From positions 1,541-65,540 of the forward strand of contig DCHR01000039.1 in NCBI GenBank assembly GCA_002315375.1: a stretch of 64,000 nt of DNA, read 5' to 3'. Below the pieces are notes generated by a model. That model worked only from the letters and a program-made list of their open reading frames with translations, did no database searches and was not told the DNA's origin. This stretch comes from Treponema sp. UBA1747. GTDB lineage: Bacteria > Spirochaetota > Spirochaetia > Treponematales > Treponemataceae. Positions 38,039 to 46,928 of the stretch are shown here, piece after piece. The translations under genes were made by a program, and so were the position numbers. Each line of letters starts with the position of its first letter. The first letter of the stretch is position 1.

Positions 38039-39526
38039 CTAATCCAGCAAGGCCTTTCCTATTTTCCAGTTATCCCCGGCGCCCATTGTAACAAAGAGAT
38101 AACCGTCAGGGTAAGCAGAATCAAGTTCCTTATTCAATTCTTCTTTTGCATAATCAAGTGCATCCATTATTTCTTCAAAATAAACTACACCTTCTTTTTT
38201 AGATTTTAAAGTTTCTTCAAATAAAGTTCTTCCGGTAATGGAAAAATCTTTTGGATTTTCGCGGGCAGAAGAATAAATTTTATGAAGAATAACTCCGTCA
38301 ACATCAGAAAAGCTTTCAGAAAATTCCTTTAATAAAGCCTGAGTCCGCGAATATGTGTGACTCATAAAATCAACGATAATCTTTCTTCCCGCATAGAATT
38401 CCCTGAAGCCTGCCAAAGTGGTCTTTACAGCAGTCGGATGATGACCATAATCATCGATAACAAGAACTGATTTTCCATGTTTATTTTTGAATTCGCCGAT
38501 TACCTCGCTTCTTCTTTTACCACCAGCAAAATTAGCAAGTCCTGCAGAAATTTCTTTTTTGAAAGAAAGAGGATCTTTTCCGGCTTCTTTCAAAAGACAT
38601 ACACATAAAGCTACTGCAGCACAGGCATCCATAACTTCATGTTTTCCCGGAACTTTCAGATAAAAATCACCGAATCCATCAAGGGCGAAACGATTTTCTT
38701 CGTCAGAAACTTCCTTGTATACAAGATGGAAATCCCCTTCAGCCATTGTTCCATAAGGAATCATATGCAAATCTGGACGCATTTTTTCAACAATACTTAC
38801 AACATCCAGTGCACCTTTATCATCAGCGCAATAAATCAGATCTCCGTTTTCAGGAAGAAGGCAGACATAATCAACAAAAGCGGTTCTTATGTCTTCATAG
38901 GTTGGATAATAATCCTGGTGATCCGGTTCAACGGAAGTTAAAATAATTTTCTGCGGATGGAAACTCATAAAATGCCGCTGATATTCACAGGTTTCTGCTA
39001 CAAAAAAACTGTTTCCTTTTTTTTCGCTTGAAACAAGCGGCGATGTATAAGTACAAGTATCTCCGAAACTTTTAATGATTGATCCGGCCAAAGTCTGACT
39101 TGGAATTGGAAGCTCTTTAAGAATTGTTCCGGTTAATCCTGTGGTAGAAGTTTTTCCATGAACACCACAAATGCCGCAGGAATAAGCAAGAGAAGAATAA
39201 AATCCCAGAGCCTGTGTGTACAGAAGACAAGGAATTCCTTTCTTTACAGCAGCAATCAAATCCGGATTCACATCAAGTTTATATGCAGATGAATAAACAA
39301 CATATTGAATTTCATCCGTTATATTATCCCCGCTAAAAGGAAGCGCTTTCAGATTGAGTTTTGAAAGAATCTCATCTGTATAAAAATGTTCAGCAACATC
39401 ACTTCCTGTAATAACTGCACCTTTGTGAAAGAAAATCTCCACAAGGGCGGCCATTCCTGTCCCTTTTATTCCAACAAAATGAATATGAACTCCATTCAAA
39501 TCTTCAGGTAAACTTACATCATTCAT
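38039..39526 (-). CDS. murC: UDP-N-acetylmuramate--L-alanine ligase
   Basis: IHFVGIKGTGM, GVHGKTST, ETCEY, DDYGHHPT, HTYSRT, TMGAG. Confidence 0.95.
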   Translation of the reverse strand: MNDVSLPEDLNGVHIHFVGIKGTGMAALVEIFFHKGAVITGSDVAEHFYTDEILSKLNLKALPFSGDNITDEIQYVVYSSAYKLDVNPDLIAAVKKGIPCLLYTQALGFYSSLAYSCGICGVHGKTSTTGLTGTILKELPIPSQTLAGSIIKSFGDTCTYTSPLVSSEKKGNSFFVAETCEYQRHFMSFHPQKIILTSVEPDHQDYYPTYEDIRTAFVDYVCLLPENGDLIYCADDKGALDVVSIVEKMRPDLHMIPYGTMAEGDFHLVYKEVSDEENRFALDGFGDFYLKVPGKHEVMDACAAVALCVCLLKEAGKDPLSFKKEISAGLANFAGGKRRSEVIGEFKNKHGKSVLVIDDYGHHPTAVKTTLAGFREFYAGRKIIVDFMSHTYSRTQALLKEFSESFSDVDGVILHKIYSSARENPKDFSITGRTLFEETLKSKKEGVVYFEEIMDALDYAKEELNKELDSAYPDGYLFVTMGAGDNWKIGKALLD

Positions 39527-39544
39527 AACGGTAATTATAGCGGA

Positions 39545-42079
39545 TTACAGACTGATATGCGACCCGGAAGAAGTTTTTGTAACAGTGATTCGACTGCTTA
39601 TTCTTTGCTTCAGGTTTTCAACATGAGAAATAATTCCGATTTTCTTATTTCCTTCCCCAAGTCTGCTCAATATTTCCATTGCAAGATCCTGGGTTTCAGC
39701 ATCAAGTGTGCCAAAGCCTTCATCTATAAAAAGTGAATCCATCTGAAGTCCGCAGTTTCGTCCTCCAACAAAATCCGTCATGGCCAGTGCAAGACTGATT
39801 GAAGCCATAAAGGTTTCGCCACCGCTTAATGTTCCTATTTCCCGTTCAGTTCCGTTGTAGGTGTCACAAACCAGGAAATCAAGTCCCTGCTTTGCTCCGC
39901 CGGAAATTGTATTTTTCATTTTGAAGTAATAACGCCGGTCAGAAATATCCCAGAACCTTTCACTGGCCCGCTCAAGCACCTGATTAAAATAAACACCAAG
40001 AGCCCATGAATCAAATTTAAGTTTCTTCGGATTGTCACCATTAAGGTCCGCATAAAGAAGTTTCAATGGTTTTACTTCCTTCTCCAGAAGGTTTCTCTGT
40101 TTTTCAAGCTGAACAATTCTTTCAAGGTCACTTTCAGAAGCCGCTAATCTGGACTTGAAACCATCATTCTCCTGCTTCAGCTGTGAATATTCATTATTCT
40201 TGATTCTCCATTTTTCTCCAGCCTCATTTCTTTTTATATTAATTTCAGCCGATTTTTCAGTTTTCTCTGAAGCATTAACCAGGGCTGACAATGCCGCAAA
40301 ATTATCAGACCAGGTTTTAATTTCTTTTTCCAGAGAAGAAATTTTTACATCATCTATATAAAATTCCTGGATTTCCTTTTCATCAGCAAATCCGCTTTCA
40401 GCAAAAGCAGCAGCAAAATTTCTTTTATTATTTTCGAAATTTCTTTCTTCATCTGCCAGATTATCCTTAAGAGTCTGAACAATGCCGGTTTTCGATTCTA
40501 TATCAGTGTTTACCTCATATTTTTTATTTTCAAAATCGTTTACTCTTCTTTCATTTTCCTTGTATCTTTTTTCAAGTTCAGAATAATCAGGCAGCGGCAG
40601 CTTATATCCGGTTTTAGCAAAGCTTTCCCTGTTATAATCCAAAGAACTCTGACACACTTTCAGTTCTGTTTTCAAATCACCCAATTTTTCAGTAAATTGT
40701 TTGAGCGAGTTTTTAACGGTAGAAAGTTTGTCAGTAACTGAAAGAACCCTTTCAGACTTTTCTGCAGGATGAGGATGATGCACTGAACCACAAACAGGAC
40801 ATGGAACACCTTCTTTTAATTCCACAGAAATTGTAGAAGCTAGATTCTGTAACTCATTCTGCTTCTTCTGAATTTCAAGTTCATTTACCATTAATTCCAG
40901 GTTTGCAACCTGTACTTCATAACTTGCGATATTTTCCTTACAAGAGGATTCCTGATGTTCCAGTTCTTCAATTATGGATAATAAATCAGAAGCCAGTTTC
41001 AGATTATTTAATCTTTCCTTTTCAGAAAAAAGGTTTCCTTTAATTTCAGAAATTTCATTTTCCTGTTTTTCAAGTTCCTGTTTGATTTTTTGAGTTTTTT
41101 CGATTTCTGAAGAAATATCAGCGAGTCTTTTTTCCAGTCTTCTGATTTTTGATTCTGATTCAATACGATTATTCAAAAGAGGAAATATTTTTAAGGCCTT
41201 TCTTGCACGAATAACCCTTTCTCTTTTTTCATCAATCTGGTCTTTCTGGAGACACAGATTTTCCAGACTGATGACATTCCTTTCATGTTTCAGTGCTTCC
41301 TGAAAAGATTTTTCAAGAACTTGAATTTGTGCAGTAAGATCCTGTAAAACCTTCTCATATGAAGCTTCTTTTTCGCTATTGATTTTAATTTTTTCCTTAT
41401 ATCCAGAAATCTGTTTTTCTAAATCCTCTGCTGAAACATCACTTCCGAACTGAGTCAAAGCATTTACAACTCCTGCTAGTTCGGTATTGGCAGCTTCATA
41501 TTTTTGTTTTACCTGAGCCATAATGTTTGAATAAAGCTCTACAGGAAAGAGTTTTGAAAGAGTTTTTGTTCTTTCTGTTGAATTTTCTCTTAAAAACTCT
41601 GCAAACTCTCCCTGCGGAAGAACAACAACCATAGAAAACTCTTTTGCCTTAAGTCCAATCAAAGCTTCCAGTTTTTTATTTATTTCCTGAAGCTTTTCCC
41701 CAGCCCACAAGGGTTTGAATTCATTATTCTCGTCTTTCTGATAAACTTCGATTTCGCTTTGCTTATAGTTTGTTTTGCCAGTTTTTGTAACATGATCATA
41801 TGGCAAAGATCTGTAAACTCTGAAAACTTCACCATTCATTGAAAAATCAAATGTAACAAAAGCTTCATCTTCATTGTCTGTAAAAGTAGATTTAAGGGAT
41901 TTTTCGCCGCGACTTCCATTTGCCTGTCCATACAACGCAAAAGTCATGGCATCAAAAATAAAGGTTTTTCCGGAACCGGTCGGACCAGTAATCAGGAACA
42001 TATCATCGAGCTGTTCAAAGTCAATTGTTTCATTTCTGTATGGACCAAAATTTTTAAGAACTAATTTCAATGGTTTCAT
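39545..42079 (-). CDS. sbcC: SbcC (Rad50-like SMC ATPase)
   Basis: GPTGSGKT, LPQGEF, zinc hook CPVCGS, LSGGE, FIDEGFGTLD; start reassigned to MKPLKL. Confidence 0.93.
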   Translation of the reverse strand: MKPLKLVLKNFGPYRNETIDFEQLDDMFLITGPTGSGKTFIFDAMTFALYGQANGSRGEKSLKSTFTDNEDEAFVTFDFSMNGEVFRVYRSLPYDHVTKTGKTNYKQSEIEVYQKDENNEFKPLWAGEKLQEINKKLEALIGLKAKEFSMVVVLPQGEFAEFLRENSTERTKTLSKLFPVELYSNIMAQVKQKYEAANTELAGVVNALTQFGSDVSAEDLEKQISGYKEKIKINSEKEASYEKVLQDLTAQIQVLEKSFQEALKHERNVISLENLCLQKDQIDEKRERVIRARKALKIFPLLNNRIESESKIRRLEKRLADISSEIEKTQKIKQELEKQENEISEIKGNLFSEKERLNNLKLASDLLSIIEELEHQESSCKENIASYEVQVANLELMVNELEIQKKQNELQNLASTISVELKEGVPCPVCGSVHHPHPAEKSERVLSVTDKLSTVKNSLKQFTEKLGDLKTELKVCQSSLDYNRESFAKTGYKLPLPDYSELEKRYKENERRVNDFENKKYEVNTDIESKTGIVQTLKDNLADEERNFENNKRNFAAAFAESGFADEKEIQEFYIDDVKISSLEKEIKTWSDNFAALSALVNASEKTEKSAEINIKRNEAGEKWRIKNNEYSQLKQENDGFKSRLAASESDLERIVQLEKQRNLLEKEVKPLKLLYADLNGDNPKKLKFDSWALGVYFNQVLERASERFWDISDRRYYFKMKNTISGGAKQGLDFLVCDTYNGTEREIGTLSGGETFMASISLALAMTDFVGGRNCGLQMDSLFIDEGFGTLDAETQDLAMEILSRLGEGNKKIGIISHVENLKQRISSRITVTKTSSGSHISL

Positions 42080-43275
42080 TATTCCGATGCCTCCCAATCA
42101 TTTTCTTTTGCGGTCTGTAAAAATAATTTTTTTTCAATACTGTATTCTTCTGAATCGGAATTTCCATAAACTTCTCTAAAAAAGCCTTCAAAAATCTTTT
42201 CCGGATTATTGGATTTTACAGCCTCTGACCGTTTAGACATTTCAGGATTCAGGACACTGTCTTCTTTGGATTCCTGTCTGAGACTTAACAGATTTTTGAA
42301 GGAACTTCTCAATAAGGATACTGCGCCTTCCGGCACTACAGAGTCAGTAAGGAAGATTTCAACATAGTCTTCTGCATGACTCTCAACCAAACCCTTATCT
42401 TTATTCGGACCATAGAATTTCTCAAAAGGACCTTTCAAACGACAAACCGGATGCAGAGGTTTAATTTCCAAAGGAGTAATTTTTGTTTTTTTATTCTTTT
42501 TTACTTCAATGCTCAACATTACCCGTACACCTTTGTCATCAAAGGAATAAGCTAAGGGAGAACCTGAATAAACTACTTTTTTTAATTCTCCCGCTTTTTG
42601 AAAGGAATGAAGATGTCCGGCAGCAATATGATCAAAAGAATCAAAATATGAAGCATTAACTTCTTCAGCTGTTCCCACAAAGCTTCTTTCCGAATCGGAA
42701 ACGAAGGATTTTACTGTCATAAGGTGAACACATAAAATACTGCTGGAATCTGAATAATTTTCTTTATGACAATTTACGATTTTTTCTGTGGAAAACTTGT
42801 AAAGATCATCCTGTTTTTTAATAGAATTTCCATTTTCATCAAAAAAACTGCCGGAATATAAAAATGGAAGCTGGTATACAGCACAGGAATCATTTCCATC
42901 CTCCAAAATAACAGGCTCTGTGAAATCCTTTACATCCGTAGCAATATGAATTTTCATTTTAGAAAGAATATCTTTTAAAAACGACAAACGGTCTGCACTG
43001 TCATGATTTCCGGACAGCATAAATATTTCCAGTTCAGGAAATTCATTATGCAGTTTTGCAAGAAAAGAACTGAGAAGCGTTACTGCCTCCGATGGTGGAA
43101 TGGGTCTGTCGTAAATATCACCGGGAACAAGAAGTCCCTTATAAGGATTACCATCATCTTTTCCCTTTTTTAATTCCATATAAATCTGATCCAGAAAAAA
43201 TTCCTGATCTTTCTGGAGGCTCATTTCATGAAAACTTTTTCCCAAATGCCAGTCGCTTGTCTGTAAAAATCTCAT
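42079..43275 (-). CDS. sbcD: SbcD (Mre11-like nuclease)
   Basis: TSDWHLG, GDIYD, GNHDS, GHLH, YSGSPLAYSF. Confidence 0.94.
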   Translation of the reverse strand: MRFLQTSDWHLGKSFHEMSLQKDQEFFLDQIYMELKKGKDDGNPYKGLLVPGDIYDRPIPPSEAVTLLSSFLAKLHNEFPELEIFMLSGNHDSADRLSFLKDILSKMKIHIATDVKDFTEPVILEDGNDSCAVYQLPFLYSGSFFDENGNSIKKQDDLYKFSTEKIVNCHKENYSDSSSILCVHLMTVKSFVSDSERSFVGTAEEVNASYFDSFDHIAAGHLHSFQKAGELKKVVYSGSPLAYSFDDKGVRVMLSIEVKKNKKTKITPLEIKPLHPVCRLKGPFEKFYGPNKDKGLVESHAEDYVEIFLTDSVVPEGAVSLLRSSFKNLLSLRQESKEDSVLNPEMSKRSEAVKSNNPEKIFEGFFREVYGNSDSEEYSIEKKLFLQTAKENDWEASE

Positions 43276-43321
43276 ATTAATTCCTTATGCATTTATTATA
43301 CTGAAAGATTTTCCATTATGT

Positions 43322-43360
43322 AAAAAAAAAGCGCTTCACATTAATGTGAAGCGCTTTTTT
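43322..43360. terminator. Palindromic intrinsic terminator of the solute-binding gene
   Basis: AAAAAAGCGCTTCACATTAATGTGAAGCGCTTTTTT. Confidence 0.85.
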
Positions 43361-43375
43361 CAGACTAATTAACTA

Positions 43376-44791
43376 TTAGCGGTTAGCTTCGTCAATAAGA
43401 GCCTGGAATGCGTTAGCTGTTTCTTCTACAGCTTCCTGCATTGTTTTGTATCCTGGATATACGTTCCAGATGATGTTTCCGAGGTTAAGACCAGAAACCA
43501 GTGTATCGAAACGTACGATACCATTGTCTTTCATGTGCTGAAGTGTTTCATCAACAGCGCGTTCATCACGGAAACGTGTGTAGTAATCTTCTTTCCATGC
43601 ATCATCACCGTATCCTGGTGTTGGGTCAGACCACAGGTCGAAGATTTTTGCGATTGCTTCTGCACGGTCTTTCTTGTAACAACCTGGAATTACGTATGTG
43701 TTGTCATCATGAAGTGTCTTGTATTTTCCGTCACCGTTTGGTCCCAGTGGGAAACATACAAATCCCCAGTCATCACGCATGTCAGCAATGTTACCAACAC
43801 GGTATTCCTGGTCAGCCTGGAAAGCAACTTCACCGTTGATGAATGAAGCATACATCCAGTCCCAGTTTGCACCTTCAGGAGCTGGTTTTTCATAGTTTAC
43901 ACACATGTTTGTTGCCCAGTTCATAGCTTCAATTGTTTTTTCGCTACCACACATTGAGTAGTATTTTCCGTTTGCATCTTTTCCTATCCATGAAGATCCG
44001 TTTGACATAACTGCAAGGTGACAGAATTCTGTTGAAAGGTTAGCCATACCGTATGTATCAGGGATACCATCGTTATCAAGGTCACGTGTTGTTGCTTTCA
44101 GCATTTTTTCAAATGCATCCCAGTTCCATGTTCCTGCAGCCTGCATATCATAGATTGTTTCTGGGTCAATATTTGCTTCTTTAAGAAGACGTTTATTGAA
44201 GAAGATACCTCCACGTGGTTCTGGAGGGATAGGACGACATCCGTAGAATGAATTTCCTTTTGTTGTCTTGTCTCTGATTGATTTAGCCCATTTGCTGTTA
44301 TTCCAGTCAACATCGCTGATTGTAGCAAGGTCATAGAAAAGATTTGCTTTCATACCGGCAGAAATTGAGCGTCCGTCGATTACGAAAACGTAGTCTTCAT
44401 CACCACCAGTTGTACAGAAGTTTGCAACTGTCTGTGGGTGAGAACCCCATCCACCAATACCGAACTGATCACAGTCGTAGTTATATGTCAGCATTCCATA
44501 CTGACGGAATTTTTTTCCATCTTCTTCAGCTGGAGAATGTGCTTCTTCCCCCTGAAGACCGTTAGCACTTGACCACCAGTCAGCTACGCGAACTACTCTT
44601 CCTTCAAAGTCATAAACTTTGCCTTTTGCATCTTTCTGAACTTTGTATCCTGCTTTTTTGAACTGTGCTTCGAGCTGTTTTGAAAGAGCTTTCTGTTCTT
44701 TAGAAAGTTTTGGTTTTGCTGAAACAACAGAACCAAGCATAAGTGTTGCAAGTCCCATTGCTACTATTTTTTTTGTTGTTGTAAGCATCAT
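43376..44791 (-). CDS. Carbohydrate ABC transporter solute-binding protein
   Basis: Signal peptide, IFFNKRLLKEA, WNWDAF, DLDNDG..D, FINGEVAF, WGFVCFP. Confidence 0.88.
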   Translation of the reverse strand: MMLTTTKKIVAMGLATLMLGSVVSAKPKLSKEQKALSKQLEAQFKKAGYKVQKDAKGKVYDFEGRVVRVADWWSSANGLQGEEAHSPAEEDGKKFRQYGMLTYNYDCDQFGIGGWGSHPQTVANFCTTGGDEDYVFVIDGRSISAGMKANLFYDLATISDVDWNNSKWAKSIRDKTTKGNSFYGCRPIPPEPRGGIFFNKRLLKEANIDPETIYDMQAAGTWNWDAFEKMLKATTRDLDNDGIPDTYGMANLSTEFCHLAVMSNGSSWIGKDANGKYYSMCGSEKTIEAMNWATNMCVNYEKPAPEGANWDWMYASFINGEVAFQADQEYRVGNIADMRDDWGFVCFPLGPNGDGKYKTLHDDNTYVIPGCYKKDRAEAIAKIFDLWSDPTPGYGDDAWKEDYYTRFRDERAVDETLQHMKDNGIVRFDTLVSGLNLGNIIWNVYPGYKTMQEAVEETANAFQALIDEANR

Positions 44792-44824
44792 TTTCCTCCT
44801 ATGAATTTACACATAACAAACTTA

Positions 44825-44877
44825 TTTGATTGTATAATTATACCATCAAATCTCTATAAAGCAAAAACTTTCGCTTT
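44825..44877 (-). promoter_or_regulatory. Promoter with two palindromic operator candidates
   Basis: Extended -10 TGGTATAAT inside a 26-bp near-perfect palindrome (44825-44850); a 20-bp palindrome (44858-44877) covers the -35. Confidence 0.6.
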
Positions 44878-44930
44878 TTGAAACTATCAAATTAATAGAA
44901 TTCCCCTATAAAAGTTACAAAAAATCCACA

Positions 44931-44962
44931 AAAAAAAACCGCTTTTCCAAAGAAAAGCGGTT
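44931..44962 (-). terminator. Intrinsic terminator of the permease operon
   Basis: AACCGCTTTTC/GAAAAGCGGTT followed by a T-run on the minus strand. Confidence 0.8.
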
Positions 44963-45007
44963 AGTTTATCGTTTAACAATCCCCTTTTCCGGGGAAAACT
45001 ATTATTT

Positions 45008-46006
45008 TTATTCCTTCATACCAGAAGCTGTAAGGCTTTCTACGAAGAGGTTCTGTGCGAACAGGTACAGAATAAGCAGAGGAATAAGTGTAAGAAGAAC
45101 ACCAGTTGAAACTACTGCATTTGTATAACCTGTTGTTACAGTTGGCATTGCGTAAACGTTTGACATGTACTGTGCAAAACGGTCACCAAGAGATGCAACC
45201 TGAATTGAAAGCATCTTGATTTTTCCAAGGAACAATTCTGTGTAGAAACTGTCTGTCCACTGCCATACAAAAGAGAACAGGAAACAAGATGTAAGAATTG
45301 GTTTTGCTCCTGGAATCATAATCTTGAAGAAGGTAACAAAAGAGTTACATCCGTCAACATAAGCTGCTTCTTCCAGTTCGAATGGGAATCCCTGGAAATA
45401 CTGACGAATCATAAAGATGTAAAGTCCGTCTTTAAGACCCATACAGGTAAAACACATCAGAAGATAAGGCACCATAGAGTTTCGCAGGTTCAGTGTTGCA
45501 CCGAAGAACTTGAAAAAGCGGAAATGAAGGAACAAAGAAGTTGAAATTGTCTGTGGTGGAATAACAATTACCAGAATAACACAGAAGAACCAGAACTTCT
45601 TGAACGGAAAGTCAAAACGAGAGAATCCGTATCCAACAAGGGAACATACCAATACCTGAATTACAGATACAAGAACAGAAACCCAGATTGTATTGAAGAG
45701 AGCTTCCTTATACCCCATAACTGCAGCAGCAATTTTCCAGTTCAATACAGACCAGTTCTTTGGAAGAACGATGATTGTTGTATCGTAAAGGTCCTTTTCA
45801 GCCATAAAACTGAATGAAATTTTATTCAGAATTGGCTGAAGAATCATGAAACACATACCAAACAGAAGAATGGCACGGAAAATCGAAATAATGTATTTCT
45901 TGCTTGTTTCTTTTAACAGAACACCACCAGAAGCTTCATTTCTTTCCCAGAAAGAACGCTTCTGAACTGCAGCAACCTTAGTTTTAGCTTTTTTATCTCT
46001 ACTCAT
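45008..46006 (-). CDS. Carbohydrate ABC permease (MalG-like)
   Basis: EAA loop ELEEAAYVDG, FVWQWTD, several TM segments. Confidence 0.93.
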   Translation of the reverse strand: MSRDKKAKTKVAAVQKRSFWERNEASGGVLLKETSKKYIISIFRAILLFGMCFMILQPILNKISFSFMAEKDLYDTTIIVLPKNWSVLNWKIAAAVMGYKEALFNTIWVSVLVSVIQVLVCSLVGYGFSRFDFPFKKFWFFCVILVIVIPPQTISTSLFLHFRFFKFFGATLNLRNSMVPYLLMCFTCMGLKDGLYIFMIRQYFQGFPFELEEAAYVDGCNSFVTFFKIMIPGAKPILTSCFLFSFVWQWTDSFYTELFLGKIKMLSIQVASLGDRFAQYMSNVYAMPTVTTGYTNAVVSTGVLLTLIPLLILYLFAQNLFVESLTASGMKE

Positions 46007-46928
46007 TTTTGTACACCACCTTTGAAATAATCAGAGAACTGAGGCCGATGAAAACCATAACAACAAGGAAGTAAATCCAGGCCAAAGCAGAACTGTAACC
46101 ATAGTTAAGATAAATAATCATCTGATCATTGATCTTTGACATTATCACGTTATCGGTTTTCATGAAGAAGTCAACGATTGTGTAAACCCAACAAACCAGC
46201 ATCAGAGGGCTAACCATTGGAACAGTTACTTTCCAGAGGCTTTCCCAAGAAGTACAACCTTCCATAGAGGCAGCTTCATACATACTTGGTGAAATATTCT
46301 GAAGTCCCGAAAGGAAGATGATAATCTGAATACCAGATGCCATTGCTACGTCGTAGATACCGTCAATAATTTCGAAAACTTTCTTGAAAACTTTTCCGGA
46401 AATACCGTTTACACCACCTGTATTAGATACAAGGATTTTTTCAAGAACATCAGTAATTGTATTCGACCTTCCTGATTCTTCAATTGTATCCTTGAGGGAT
46501 GACAGAAGTGAGTTGTTGTATTCAAGACCAACAAGAACACCTGAAGAAAGAATAACACAAAGGAAGAAGATAGAACGAACAGCTGCGCGTCCCTTGAATT
46601 CCTGATTCAAAATAAGTGCTACGAAGAAACTGAAAACGATTGTTGCCAGAGACTGGAAGAACATAGTTCCGATAGTTTCTGTAAGCATACGGTTGAATTC
46701 AGGGTCAATAGTTAAAGCACGAACATAGTGTCCGAACTTATTCAATTCCATGGTAAATCCATGTGGTGTAAGTTCAACATTACAAAGACTCATGTAAAGA
46801 GACTGAGCCAGAGGCTTTATCATGAAGAACAAAAAACCAATAATAAATGGACAAATAAAGGCATAACCGATAAGTGCACGGTGGCCCATAAGTCCGATCT
46901 TCTTTTTCTTGAAAATCTTAAGTTTCAT
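45999..46928 (-). CDS. Carbohydrate ABC permease (MalF-like)
   Basis: LSGLQNISPSMYEAASMEG, YGYSSALAW. Confidence 0.93.
   Translation of the reverse strand: MKLKIFKKKKIGLMGHRALIGYAFICPFIIGFLFFMIKPLAQSLYMSLCNVELTPHGFTMELNKFGHYVRALTIDPEFNRMLTETIGTMFFQSLATIVFSFFVALILNQEFKGRAAVRSIFFLCVILSSGVLVGLEYNNSLLSSLKDTIEESGRSNTITDVLEKILVSNTGGVNGISGKVFKKVFEIIDGIYDVAMASGIQIIIFLSGLQNISPSMYEAASMEGCTSWESLWKVTVPMVSPLMLVCWVYTIVDFFMKTDNVIMSKINDQMIIYLNYGYSSALAWIYFLVVMVFIGLSSLIISKVVYKNE

Noticed and set aside
39545-43275. SMC-like ATPase plus nuclease as a defence system (Wadjet or Lamassu)
   Set aside because: The zinc hook and Mre11 motifs fit housekeeping SbcCD, and no partner defence genes are adjacent
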